Below, one piece after another: positions 13,330-24,356 of a stretch of DNA of 64,000 nt (position 1 is the stretch's first letter; every line of letters begins with the position of its first letter). The notes under the pieces are model-generated. The model did no database searches. It was given only the letters and a program-made list of their open reading frames with translations, and was not told the origin of the DNA. The DNA is taken from the NCBI RefSeq assembly GCF_963921235.1, contig NC_086104.1:4464001-4528000 (forward strand). The letters are read 5' to 3'. The stretch is from Mobula hypostoma (taxonomy: Eukaryota). The position numbers and the translations under genes were made by a program.

Positions 13330-15980
13330 TCCAGAAGATACTTGCATCTATTGGTCTTCATTAGTCAGAGGATTGAGTTCAAAGATGCAAGATGATATGG
13401 CAGCTCTATAAAACTCTGGTTGGACCACACTTGGAGTATCGTGTTCAGTTGGTCACACCATTACAGGAAGGTTGTGGAAGCTTTCGAGAGGGGCAGAGGA
13501 GATTTACCGGGATGCTGCCTGGATTAGAGAAAATGTCTTATAAGGATAGATTGAGTGAACCTGGGCTTTTCCCTCTGGAGAGAAGGAGGATGAGAGGTGT
13601 CTTGATAGAGGTGTAAAAGGTGATAGGTCATATATCCAGTAGATGGCCAGAGACTTCTTCCCAGGGTGCAAATGGCTAATACAAAGGGCATAATTTCAGG
13701 TTGATTGGTGGAATGTATTGGGGGGTGGTGTGTCAGAGGTAGGTTTTTACTCAGGGAGTAGTAGGTGTGTGTAACGCTTTGCCGGGGTGGTGTTAGAGGC
13801 AGAAACATTAGGGATCTTTAAGAGGCACATATATGATAGAACAATGGAGGGTAACATGAGGGAAAAGGTTCAGATTGATCTTCATGTATTTAGAGATACA
13901 GAGTGGCTTTCTGTTGCCATCCCCCTCAACAACAGGTTACCACTCTGCCTGCTGTTGGAGAGAGCGACGCAGCAGAGGAAAATCACACTGCGTCTGGCTC
14001 TGTGACTCAAAAGAGAAGTGATGGGAAGAGACAAGCTGTGGCGAAAGGAGAATGGAAAGGATGTTCCGTGGGTGAGAATGAGATTCCCGGATGATAGGTT
14101 TCCTCCCGGGTACCAGGGTCCAGCACACCTCGGATTGAGTCCTCAGCATTCTGAGGTGGCAGGGCGAATGGTCAGAGGTCATGGTCCATATAGATATCAA
14201 TGAGATGGGAAGGACGAGAGATGAGCTTCTGCGAAGGGAGTTCAGGGAGTTAGGTGCTAAATTAAAGGGCAGAGCCTCCCGGGTTGTGATCTCAGGATTG
14301 TTACCTGTGCTGAGTGCAAGTGGGCCAGAACTAGGAAGATTATACAGTTTAACACGTGGCCAAGGAGTTGATGTAGGAGAGAGGGCATAAGATTTTTGGA
14401 TCACTGGGTTCTCCTGCAGGGAAGGGGCGTCCTGTACAGAAGAGACGATTGCACCTGAACTGAATGGGACTAATAGCCTAGCGGGAAGGTTTGCTAATGC
14501 TGCACGGTGAGGTTTAGCTAGAATTGCATGGGTAACAGACGGCCAGAAGAGTTAGTGGAGAGTTTGTGGAGACAGATATAAGGAAGACCTCAGTCAAAGT
14601 CAGGAATCAAAAGGTTTAGCATGGTGAGACTAGTGTCCTGAGCTGCGTATATTTCAAAGTGAGAAGTATTGTATGGAAGGTCGATCATGGATGAACACCT
14701 GGAATTATGACATTGTAGCCATTAGTGAGACTTGGTTGCAGGAGGGGCAGGACTGGCAGTTCAATATTCTGGGACTCCGTAGTTTTAGACGTGACAGAAT
14801 GGGAGGGACTGAAGGACGGGTGGCGTTACTAGCCAGGGAAAACGTTTCAGCAGTGCACAGTCAGGACAGATGGGAGAACTCATCTAGTGAGGCATTATGG
14901 CTAGAACTGAGAAATAAAAGAGCTATGACATCATTAATGGGGCTATATTATAGACCACCCAACAGTCAGCGGGATTTACAGGAACAAATTTGTAGAGATT
15001 GCAGACTGTTTCAAAAAACATAACTTTGTTATAGTAGGTGATTTTAACATTCCTCATATTGACTGGGACTCCCATGCTGTAAAAGAATCAGATGCTGTAG
15101 AGTTTGTCAAGTGTGTTCAGGAAAGTTTCCTGAATCAGCACGTAGGGAGAAGGGGTTGTGATGCATACTGACTCAATGACGGGCAGAAAAAGGGAAGAAG
15201 ACCAACACAGTGAGTATACAGAGCTGGGAAGAGGCTGAAGACAAGGACCTCCGAGGTTGTAATCTCTGGATTACTCCCTGTGCCACGGGCTAGTGCGGGT
15301 AGGAATGGGATGGTAGCACAGATGATCGAGTGGCTGCGGAGATGGTGCAGGGGACAGAGTTTCAAGTTTTTGGATCATTGGAATCCTTTCGGGGGAAGGG
15401 GTGACCTGTACAAAAGGAATGGGTTTCACCTGAACTGGAGCGGAACAAATATCCTGACTGCGAAGTTTGCTAATGCTACCCTGTCAAGTCGTACAGTCCG
15501 TTCAAAAGCTCAACTCCGGCAGGGAAGTGACTGTCTATTGTTTGTCGTAATCACTTACCAGAAAAAGTGTGATTTATAAAGTATTTTGTTGCATTTGTTT
15601 GGTTTTATTTGCCAGCAGCAAGTCATCACTGAGCTGCACCCGTGCTATCCTAAACCAGAAAATAAACCTTGAATAAACTTTCGCATCTGTATCTAGACAG
15701 GAGCCGGACGCAGCCTCTATGGAAGTGAGGCAAAGCGGCATCAACTTCATGGACCCTTACAGATTACAGAGGAGATGGTGTTTCCTAGCCTGAGCCAAAA
15801 AGGTGGTAATTTCTGGTTTATTAGCTGAGCCACGTGCAAATTGGCACAGGGTGAAGAAGATTAGAGAGTTAAATACGTGCCTCTGGGAATAGTGTAGGAA
15901 AGAGGGTTTGAATTCATGGAGAACTGGCACCAGTACTGGGGAAGGAGGGAGCTGTTCTATTGGGACGGGCTCCACCTGAA
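13330..15980 (+). mobile_element. Cluster of decayed CR1 fragments (3' RT, ORF1 esterase twice, EN)
   Basis: PHLEYRVQ at 13392; esterase VVISGLLPV at 14181-14390 and 15250-15480; EN VAISETWL..YYRPP at 14673-15023. Confidence 0.75.
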
Positions 15981-16008
15981 CCATAAAACAGTGAAAACCT
16001 GCAGATGC

Positions 16009-16409
16009 TGTCACCCGGTTCGGACATGGCCCAAGTGCGGAGTGAGAGACACTGAAGCAGGTCGATACTTCACAGACTTTATTGCGAACAGTGTTAAAGG
16101 GAAAGGAAACAGTCAACACTAGGCCAAACCGAGCCGTTAACTAAAACTCTCAAATGGAAAACGAAGTCTACACTGTGGTTGAAAAGAACAACAAAGAGTT
16201 AAAGGAATATCGCTGGTCTTCAGAGACAGTTGACTCGACAGTCCAATTTCTCAGGCAAGGCGGAATGCAGATAGCGAAGCGTAACTATGTTCAAATCTCG
16301 ACAAAAACTGCGATGGAATGAATGGAGTTAAATACTATCACAATGAAATGATAACAAGCTGACACGCAATTGCTGAATCTGCTGCGCTGCCGAATCCGTG
16401 GTTGTGACA
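16009..16409. mobile_element. Solo LTR with 5-bp TSD
   Basis: TGTCAC...GTGACA termini; GATGC direct repeats at 16004-16008 and 16410-16414; inserted in a Penelope-type terminal sequence (acctgcagatgctggaaatcc). Confidence 0.8.
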
Positions 16410-16559
16410 GATGCTGGAAATCCGAGCCCGAAACATTGACTGTGTTTTTATTCACAGATGCTGCCTGGCCTGCTGAGTTCCTCCACCTGACCCGTGATGG
16501 GACCTGGATCTGGTGAATTGCATATCTCGGGTTTGTTAGAAGTTTGTTTGTTTGTTTAC

Positions 16560-16820
16560 AGGTAGAGTGTGGCGTCGGCCCTTCCGGCCCATTGACCCGT
16601 GTAGACCAGCAACCACCAACAGACCTGATTTAACCCGAACCCAATCACCAATTAAACTCTGTGATAGGTCTTTGGACTGTGGGAGGAAACCGAGGCACCC
16701 AGAGAAAACCCACACATTCCACAGGGTGGACGTACAAAATCCTCAGAGAGGATGCTGGGATTGAACTCTGAACTCCAACGTCACAAACTGAAATAGCATC
16801 GCGCTGACCGCTACCCAACC
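16560..16820 (-). mobile_element. tRNA-derived V-SINE (HE1-like)
   Basis: Minus-strand A/B-box-like head (..GAGTTCAATCC) followed by the V-domain core gggttttctctgggtgcctcggtttcctcccacagtccaaagac. Confidence 0.75.
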
Positions 16821-17564
16821 ATGGTGCCCAAATATATTAATATAGATAATATTATGTGGGGCACAGATAGATACCAGTGTCTTTTCCCCACCGGTGAAAT
16901 GTCTCGTCCCAGAGGACAGGCATTGGAAGTGAGAGAGGGTAATTTCAAAGGAGATACGAGGGGCAAGTTTCTGAAACAGAGAGGGGGAGAGTCTGGAATT
17001 CACTGCCGGGGTGGTGGTGCAGACAAATATGATAGAGACGTTCAAGTGGTCCTTGGATAGAGACATGAATTGGCAGGAAGTGGAGGGATATGGACATTGT
17101 GTGGGCAGAAATGATTAGTTTCACTGGACATTTGATAGTGAATTTTAATTATTTCGACACATCAAGTCCAAAGGGTCTGTTCCAGTGCAATATTGTTCTG
17201 TGTCCGATGTTTGAAATGACATTGAAGGGAACGGAGGGAAATGGATGATACACAGGAGGAGGACATTTAGTACACATTGTCACCAAGATCAGCACAGTAT
17301 TGTGGGCGGAATGGCCAGTCCAGTGCTGTACTGTTCTATGTTCCAACAACTGGGCTCTGATCACATTCACCCTCTCGATCTCAACCACCGACCAGGGTCA
17401 GAAACATCGCAAATGTTGTCTCTGGTGAAATTCTTGTCTCGCACGTCAAATGAGTAGAATGTCTGGCCTTTGAACTTTTCCATGTCTGATGAGCGTGTCT
17501 GTGCAGAAATCCATCCAGGGTTCCTCCCCCAGCCGAGGTCACACAGACCGATTCCCGCTGTGGT

Positions 17565-17593
17565 TCAGCTGCGAGACGGTGGTTTATTGTCGG
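17565..17593 (-). CDS. Candidate terminal coding exon of the VJ receptor
   Basis: cattgtttgtgtttcag|CC GAC AAT AAA CCA CCG TCT CGC AGC TGA; phase 1, gives ADNKPPSRS-stop. Chosen for its strong acceptor and compatible phase; other nearer acceptors or read-through of exon 3 are possible. Confidence 0.45.
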
Positions 17594-18379
17594 CTGAAAC
17601 ACAAACAATGAGTTGTGTGAGGTGAGCCGGTGAAGAATGGGAGAGTTAAACTATGTGGCAGGCACTGTCTGAGTGGTTTTCCCGAGTCTCTGACCTTCGG
17701 GGTTTTGGGACTCAGGAATAAGTCACCTCTGCTGGTCCTGAGAATGGACCTGTGGCCAGGGAAAAATGAACTGGACAACATGGATGTTTCTCACTACCAT
17801 GCCAGGTTACTGCTGGATGCAGGGTGCTGAGGGCAGAAGCACCCATGGGTGGGGGACTCTATCAGCAACACAATGCTGCTGTCCTGATGCTGGACTCATA
17901 TCAGGGGCCCTGAACAGACTATGCAAAATGAATGTGGAGAAAAGACAACTCAGTCCCTCCAATCCGTTCTGTCACTTGATCAGATAGTGGCCGATGTGTT
18001 TTAGCTCTGACCAACCTTCACGGTCCAAAACCAGCAAATTCCAGCCGGTTCCAACCGGGAATTCCCACCTGTGTTGGAGAGGCTTGTACATCTCCATGGC
18101 AACACCAGTGTTTCCAGAGCAGCTAGGCTACGGTGACGTTGTACAACTGCCCCACGTTCTGTATTCCCCACGAGAACAAATGGTTTCTCTACATCCATCA
18201 GAATGGACTACCTTAACATTGGCAGCTCCTCTCATATCATGTTCTGGTGTGGGATCTCCAGCACACAGGAACATAAGGGAATCAGTCAGATCACACCTAG
18301 TTGTACCATGTTCTGGTGTGGATCTTCAGTGTTCAGGAACACAAGAGGCTACAGAGAGTCCAGGACTGAACCAGTTCAT

Positions 18380-18600
18380 CATGAAATTCTCTTCCCACCA
18401 TTGAGAACATTTACAAGGGATGATGTCTCAGGAAGGTGCCATCCATCAGAGAACCCCACCAGCTGGGCCGTATCCGCTACTTAATGCCATCTTCAGGCAG
18501 CAGGTACAGGAGCCTGAAGTTACATACATCGAGGTGCAACAACAGCTTCTTCCCCATTGCCATCAAGGTCTTGAACACACCTGGTTGTGGTTCCTCTCCA
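18380..18600 (+). mobile_element. Rex1/Babar LINE 3' fragment
   Basis: PSSGSRYRSLKLHTSRCNNSFFPIAIKVLN, the typical Rex1 ORF end. Confidence 0.75.
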
Positions 18601-18986
18601 TGCCTTGTGGTGCATTGGGTGGCAATCTAGCCATTTTGTTAACATTTAACTGTTTTCATGAGGTTGAGTTGACAGCTCAATACTCCACTGATCACCGATG
18701 GGAAGTGTGCAAGGTACCGGACAGATTCAAACCTGGGACCAATTGTGCAAATGGCTGGGAACATTGAACCCTGCCTCATCTCGCCAGTAGATCTGGTTCA
18801 GATGACACAGTGAACTTGCTCAGGGATGGATGTCCTTTCCCTGAAGTCATCGTGAGGAGTTACTGATGGATCCAGAAGAGGACGGGGACTGTGAGTGGGA
18901 CTTCAAGGAAAGGACTTCTCCAGTCTCACCACTTCCACAGCAGTTGATATGGTTTAGCGGGCCTGTCCAAAGATGTTGCAACGTAC

Positions 18987-19029
18987 CTTGGAGATGACCG
19001 TAGATGGACTGAGTGGGACGTTGCAGAGC
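18987..19029 (-). CDS. Cytoplasmic exon 3 (completes the ITAM)
   Basis: catttctgtgttctctactag|GCT ... CAA G|GTACGT; 43 nt, phase 0-1. Reads ALQRPTQSIYGHLQ and, joined to exon 2, gives YMAL-QRPTQSI-YGHL. Confidence 0.82.
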
Positions 19030-19116
19030 CTAGTAGAGAACACAGAAATGGTGTGAACAGCTTGACAGCTCATGCTGTGGGAAAAGCTTCAATGTTCCAG
19101 AGGTGACCTTCCTTAC

Positions 19117-19158
19117 CATGTAGGTGTTGTTTGAATCGACCTGGTGACCTCCTGAACC
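19117..19158 (-). CDS. Cytoplasmic exon 2 (first ITAM tyrosine)
   Basis: gttgtgttctcttgtag|GGT ... TAC ATG|GTAAGG; 42 nt, phase 0-0. Reads GSGGHQVDSNNTYM. Confidence 0.82.
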
Positions 19159-19189
19159 CTACAAGAGAACACAACTGCATCATTACAAA

Positions 19190-20060
19190 CAAGAGAAAAA
19201 TCTGCAAATGCTGGAAATCCAAGTAACAGACACAAAATGCTGGAGGAATTCAACAGGCCAGGCAGCATCTATAGAAAAAAAGTACAGTTGACATTTTGAG
19301 CTGAGACCCTTCATCAGGCCTGAGGAAAAAAAGATGAGGAATAGTGGAGGGGAGAGGATAAAGACACACACTGGGTGATAGAAGAAACCAGGAGGAGTGG
19401 TGGGGTGAAAGAGCTACAGGTCTGGAGAAGGGGGAATCTGTGGAAAAGACATTCCCATTCCGACATGTTAGTCCGAAGTCTCCTCTACTGTCAAGATGAG
19501 ACCACACTCAGGTTGGAGGATCAACACCTTATATTCCATTTGGGTAGCCTCCAACCTGGTGGCATGAAAATTGATTTCTTGAAGTTACTGTAAGGACCCA
19601 CTCATTCTCCATTCCCCATTCCTATTTCCCATCTTACCTCCTTACCTGCCCATCACCTCCCTCTGGTGCTTCCTTCCTTCCATGGCCTTCTGTCCTCTCG
19701 TCTTTGATTCCAATCCCCATTCCAATTCCAACATGTTGATCCATGGCCGTCTTTACTAAAATGATGAGGCTACTCTCAGGTTGAAGGAGAAACACCTCAT
19801 ATTCCATCTGGGCAGACTCCGAACTGATAGCTAGAACAGTGATTTCTCTATATTCCAGTAAATTCTCACATCCCCCTTTCCTTTTCTTCCATTCCCCACG
19901 CTGGCTCTCTTCTTACCTCCTTATTTGACTATCACCTTTTCCTGTGTGTCTTCAGTCTTTTAGCTTTTCCACTGACACCACTCAGCTACTCACTGCATCC
20001 TCCTCCCCCACTCACTTGTCTTCACCTATCATCTTCTAGCTTATGCCTCATCCCCTCCTG
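19190..20060 (+). mobile_element. Penelope-like element remnants (two GIY-YIG C-terminal fragments, degenerate hammerhead end) in a receptor intron
   Basis: HSHSDMLVRSLLYCQDETTLRLEDQHLIFHLGSLQPGGMKIDF at 19450-19590 and a second copy at 19730-19860; hammerhead-like core at 19285-19320. Confidence 0.75.
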
Positions 20061-20084
20061 CCATGATGGGCAGAAGGGCCTGTT

Positions 20085-20398
20085 CATAGAAACATTGAAA
20101 CATAGAAAATAGGTGCAGGAGTAGGCCATTCTGCCCTTCCAGCCTGCACCGCCATTCAGTACGATCATGGCTGATCATCCAACTCAGAACCCTGTACCAG
20201 TCTTCCCTCCATACCCGCTGATCCCTTTAGCCACAAGGGCCATATGTAACTCCCTCTCAAATATAGCCAATGAACTGGCCTCAACTGTTTCCTGTGGCAG
20301 AGAATTCCACAGATTCACCACTCTCTGCGTGAAGAAGTTTTTCCTAATCTCGGTCCTAAAAGGCTTCCCCTTTATCCTCAAACTGTGACCCCTTGTTC
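20085..20398 (-). mobile_element. CR1 3' end (subfamily with (tttctatg)n tail)
   Basis: RIKGKPFRTEIRKNFFTQRVVNLWNSLP; tail atagaaac repeats at about 20085-20110. Confidence 0.9.
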
Positions 20399-20597
20399 CT
20401 GTGCTGTACAGCTGTACGGTCTGTGGTCAATATCCAGGAACAGTTACACCACATACATTTGCAAATCATTCAGACATTGCAGAAATATTCAATGAACCAC
20501 AATGTCACTGGGGAATATCCCTGATGTAAGAAGCCAAGAACATACCAGAACGATCCCCACACAATTCTACTTATCTGAGAAAAGCATCAGAACTCAC

Positions 20598-20671
20598 CGG
20601 GACATCCCTGGCCAAGGAAACATTTTCATAATCTGCCCCTGAGCTCCGGTGATCAGTTTCTGTGGGTGGGT
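20598..20671 (-). CDS. Cytoplasmic exon 1 (YENV motif)
   Basis: tttatactctatttcacag|AC ... CCG|GTGAGT; 74 nt, phase 1-0, in frame with the TM exon. Reads HPPTETDHRSSGADYENVSLARDVP. Confidence 0.85.
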
Positions 20672-20837
20672 CTGTGAAATAGAGTATAAATTATCAGTAA
20701 CAGCCGTCTCCAAGCTGTGAGTCCCACATTGCTGTCACAACACAACGACGGGCTCTTTCACAATCAGTCCCCGACCTTCACATTTTAATAACCCCACACA
20801 ACAATCGGATCAGAATGAACCATTTAGTCACACGTAC

Positions 20838-20957
20838 GGGACGGGTGGTTTCTAAACGCTCTGCGTCTGATGAGGAAAATGCCTCCAGTGACAGCGAGAA
20901 CCCCCAGCACGACAGCCAGAATGAGCCAGGCCAGGTACGATGGGGCTCGGGACATCT
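20838..20957 (-). CDS. Transmembrane exon of the VJ receptor
   Basis: tttcctttccattcctcaaacag|AG ... TCC C|GTACGT; 120 nt, phase 1-1. Reads MSRAPSYLAWLILAVVLGVLAVTGGIFLIRRRAFRNHPS: 23-aa uncharged hydrophobic span followed by an RRR stop-transfer. Lies 178 nt downstream of the psi-VJ-C donor. Confidence 0.88.
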
Positions 20958-21135
20958 CTGTTTGAGGAATGGAAAGGAAATCACATCAGTGGGTAAACAT
21001 CTGGGAAGCTCACTGTCAGTGTAGAAAGAATCCATTCAGCCCATCCTCCTGTGCCAGCTCTTTGAAAAAGGTGTTTACTATATCTAATAAATCCATTCAG
21101 GGACACACTGCTGAATAAATAGAACTTGTACTCAC

Positions 21136-22304
21136 TGGTTACGATGAGCTGGGTGCCGTTCCCGTCGATGTCTCCCCACACTCTGCAGTAATAGACAGCA
21201 GAATCACTGTGCACCACGTCTGTGACTGTCAGGGTGAAGCTGCTGTTGGACGTGTCTCTGTAGGACTGGAACCTCTCAGTGAAACCCCGTCCCCACTCTG
21301 GGCTGCCTCCTGCCCTGTGTGTTAAAACCCACTGCATGTCCTGCCCAGCAACACATAAAAGTTGCTGGTGAACGCAGCAGGCCAGGCAGCATCTCTAGGA
21401 AGAGGTACAGTCGACGTTTCAGGCCGAGACCCTTTGTCAGGACTAACTGAAAGAAGAGATAGTAAGAGATTTGAAAGTGGGAGGGGGAGGGAGAGACCCG
21501 AAATAATAGGAGAAGACAGGAGGGGGAGCGATGGAGCCAAGAGCTGGACAGGTGATTGGCAAAAGGGATATGAGAGGATCATGGGACAGGAGGCCCAGGG
21601 AGAAGGAAAAAGGGGGAGGGGGGTAAAAGCCCAGAGGATGGGCAAGGGGTATAGTGAGAGTGACAGAGGGAGAAAAAGGAGAGAGAGATAAAGAATGTAT
21701 GTATATAAATAAATAACAGATGGGGTACGAGGGGAAGGTGGGGCATTAGCAGAAGTTTGAGAAGTCAATGTTCATGCCATCAGGTTGGAGGCTACCCAGA
21801 CGGAATATAATGTGTTGTTCCTCCAACCTGAGTGTGGCTTCATCTTTACAGTAGAGGAGGCCGTGGATAGACATATCAGAATAGGAGTGAGATCCTCTCA
21901 TAGCCCTTTTGCCAAACAACTGTCCAGCTCCTGGCTCCATCCCTCCCCCTCCTGTCTTCTCCTATCATTTTGGGTCTCCCCCTCCCCCTCCCACTTTCAA
22001 ATCTCTTACTAGCTCTTCTTTCAGTTAGTCCTGACGAAGGGTCTCAGCCCAAACCGTCGACTGTACCTCTTCCTAGGGATGCTGCCTGGCCTGCTACGTT
22101 CACCAGCAAATTTCATGTGTTGCTTGAAATTCCAGCATCTGCAGATTTCCTCGTGTTTGCATGTCTTGCCCAGGTAGCTTCCGTACCAGCGGACGTCATT
22201 GTCTTCCAGTCTGTCTTTGCTCATGGTACACCATAACCATACTGTGTGACCTTCAGAGACACACTGTATGCTCGGGAATTGGATAAGTACAGGAACATCT
22301 GCAC
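21136..22304 (-). pseudogene. Disrupted VJ exon (psi-VJ-C), paralogue of VJ-A
   Basis: 5' half at 22174-22304 (ADVPVLIQFP..WLWC..VRWY) and 3' half at 21136-21348 (MQWVLTH..YYCRVWGDIDGNGTQLIVT, donor A|GTGAGT) are separated by an 809-bp insertion with a 16-bp TSD. Also a 1-nt deletion after the WY codons and a 17-nt deletion of the acceptor polypyrimidine tract relative to VJ-A. Confidence 0.9.
21349..22157. mobile_element. Penelope-like insertion with inverted terminal arms inside psi-VJ-C
   Basis: 16-bp TSD tgcatgtc[c/t]tgcccag at 21333-21348 and 22158-22173; inverted arms at about 21349-21500 and 21970-22125, each with a hammerhead-like core; GIY-YIG C-terminus HSYSDMSIHGLLYCKDEATLRLEEQHIIFRLGSLQPDGMNIDF on the minus strand at 21746-21890. 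Confidence 0.85.
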
Positions 22305-22574
22305 CTCACTTCAACTCCAGCTTGAGGGGTGGCTGGGACAGAGTTGCTGAGTGGGGAACGTGGTTTTGAAAAGTGTTCCTGAGACACAGAGGTGCAGAGA
22401 ACAAGCTCTGTCTACAGAATTCCACTGAAAGCCGAGGGTAGGAGACAAATCTCCACAGTGTGTAATATATGTTTTGAAGGTGCACTGTGGTCTGGAGGAA
22501 CATTGTGTCATGTGGTTGTATACAGAATATGTTTACAGTCAAATCACAATAAACTTGAACGATTACGAAGGCAA

Positions 22575-23155
22575 AGGTGCTTGCGACACTGAAAGGTATG
22601 AAAGTAGGTAAGTCACCTGGGCCACACGGTCAACACCCGAGGGTTCTGAACATTGTGGCTGAAGAGATTGCAGAGCCATTAGTAATGATCTTTCAAGAAT
22701 CTCTAGATTCTGAAATGGTTCTGGAAGACTGTAAAATTGTAAATGTCACTCCATTTATTCCCACTCTTTGCCTCGTGCCAATCAGTCAATTCTCACTCTA
22801 TGCTAGTATCTTTCCTGTAATACCATGGACTCTTATCTTGTTAAGCAGCCTCACGTGGACCTTGTCAAAGGTCTTCTGAAAATCTGAGGGCTCGATATAG
22901 ACCGATTCTCCTTTCTCTACCCTGCCTGTTATTTCCTTAAATAATTCCTCAGATCTGTCAAGCAGGACATCCCCTCAAGGAAACCGTGCACACTTTGGCC
23001 TATTTTATCATGTGTCTCCAAGTACCCTGAAACCTCGTCCTTAATAATGGACTCCAACATCTTCCCAACCACTGAAGTCAGGCTCACTGGCCTATAATTT
23101 CCTTTCTTTTGCTTCCCTCCCTTCTTAAATAGTGGAGTGACATTGGAGAGGGTCG
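22575..23155. mobile_element. Rearranged CR1 fragments in both orientations
   Basis: Plus KSPGPHGQHPRVL at 22577-22760; minus NYRPVSLTSVVGK..HGF at 22930-23150. Confidence 0.75.
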
Positions 23156-23401
23156 AGAGGAGATTCCTATGATGAGTCGCACACAGATCATTAAATAAAC
23201 TACAGTGCACAGTATGAGAGGTAATATACTAATGTGGACTGTGGATTGGTTATGAACAGAAAACAGTCTGTTCACAACCAGTTTCTGAAACGGAAATGGC
23301 CACTTTAGGATTGTGTGACTGTGAGTGTTGGGGTATCACTGTGAATTGATCGGTGATATCAGTGAGGGGAATGTGTGACGGTTAATGTTACTGATTGGCA
23401 G

Positions 23402-23820
23402 TGTGGAAACGTAAATTTGCCGGATCAAATAACCACAGCACAAAAAAAATTGTTACTTATCTTTTCACCAGTTTATTTCTTCGATCTCAGTCGGCAAGTG
23501 AACTTGGTCCCGACATCAGGGGAGAAGCGTTCTCATCCCTCCAGTGGTTCAACAAGTTCACTGACTGATGTCAGAATTGTTACAAGGTATAAGACCACCG
23601 AAAAAGACACTCAGGTTGATACAAAAGAACAGTCAGTTCGATAGACATCCCAGCTACTCAAATAGGGCAAAACTTAATAACCTAGAAAAACGACTCTACT
23701 GAAATTTAAATTTTAATTGATAAAAGAACGTCCTATCTTAAGCTCCATCAGCAACCACCTTTTGTCGAAACCAAAAGGTGTGAAAAGTCAGGAGACGTCT
23801 TTTGTGGAGAACTTATATCA
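23402..23820 (-). mobile_element. 3' LTR of an endogenous retrovirus
   Basis: Begins TGA immediately after the polypurine tract ataaaaaggagggaa (23821-23835, minus); contains AATAAA; ends ..TTCCACA. The distal boundary is approximate. Confidence 0.65.
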
Positions 23821-23899
23821 TTCCCTCCTTTTTATCATTTAATGATAAATCTTGAAGGAATCCATCATGTTTACAACAACCTATAAGAAGGGGACTAAC

Positions 23900-24355
23900 C
23901 TATTTTATAAGAATTACTATGGTTATAATTAAAACTTTTATCAGAGCTACATGCAGAAGCATTCCCCAGAAGTCTCCAAAAATGTTAAAAGGCCATGGCC
24001 AGGTTTCCTTACCATCGGTAAACACATGCATCTTTTCTCCAATTCCCTTAATTTTCTAGATTTCCTGAGTGATATGCTGAGATAGATCTGTAATATTAGA
24101 GGCTTCATCTGGAATATAAATACAGTATTCCTTTCCTATGACAGCACATGTCCCTCCTTTCTCTGCTAGCAATAAATCTAATGCCATCCTATTCTGTAAA
24201 ACTACCATCCTCAGAGCTACTATTTCAGTAGTTAAATCCGTAATCTGGGTCTGGACATCAGTTAAAACCTTAGCAGTACTATTCGCCAACTCTAGTGCAG
24301 CTGTCAACTTGATTACTTCTCATGAATTTCGGGCTGTCCCATAGAAAGCAGATCC
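23900..24355 (-). pseudogene. env: Retroviral env TM-subunit remnant (gamma-type immunosuppressive domain)
   Basis: FYGTARNS*EVIKLTAALE..LQNRMALDLLLAEKGGTCAVIGKEYC..ITQEI*..WGMLLHVALIKVLIITIVILIK; ISD present, CX6CC decayed to CX6YC, in-frame stops. Confidence 0.9.
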
Positions 24356-24356
24356 C

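Noticed and set aside
18230-18345. About 70-bp degenerate tandem duplication (catgttctggtgtgg)
   Set aside because: Lies within a Rex1-type fragment; ordinary local duplication.
18987-20957. Assignment to CD79a/b, CD3, CD8, CD28 or NKp30
   Set aside because: The TM lacks the conserved polar or charged residues of CD79, CD3 and NKp30; there is no CxC Lck motif, MYPPP or CD8-type hinge. No gene symbol is given.
23900-24000. Hydrophobic stretch as a second TM exon for VJ-B
   Set aside because: It is the membrane anchor of the retroviral env remnant.
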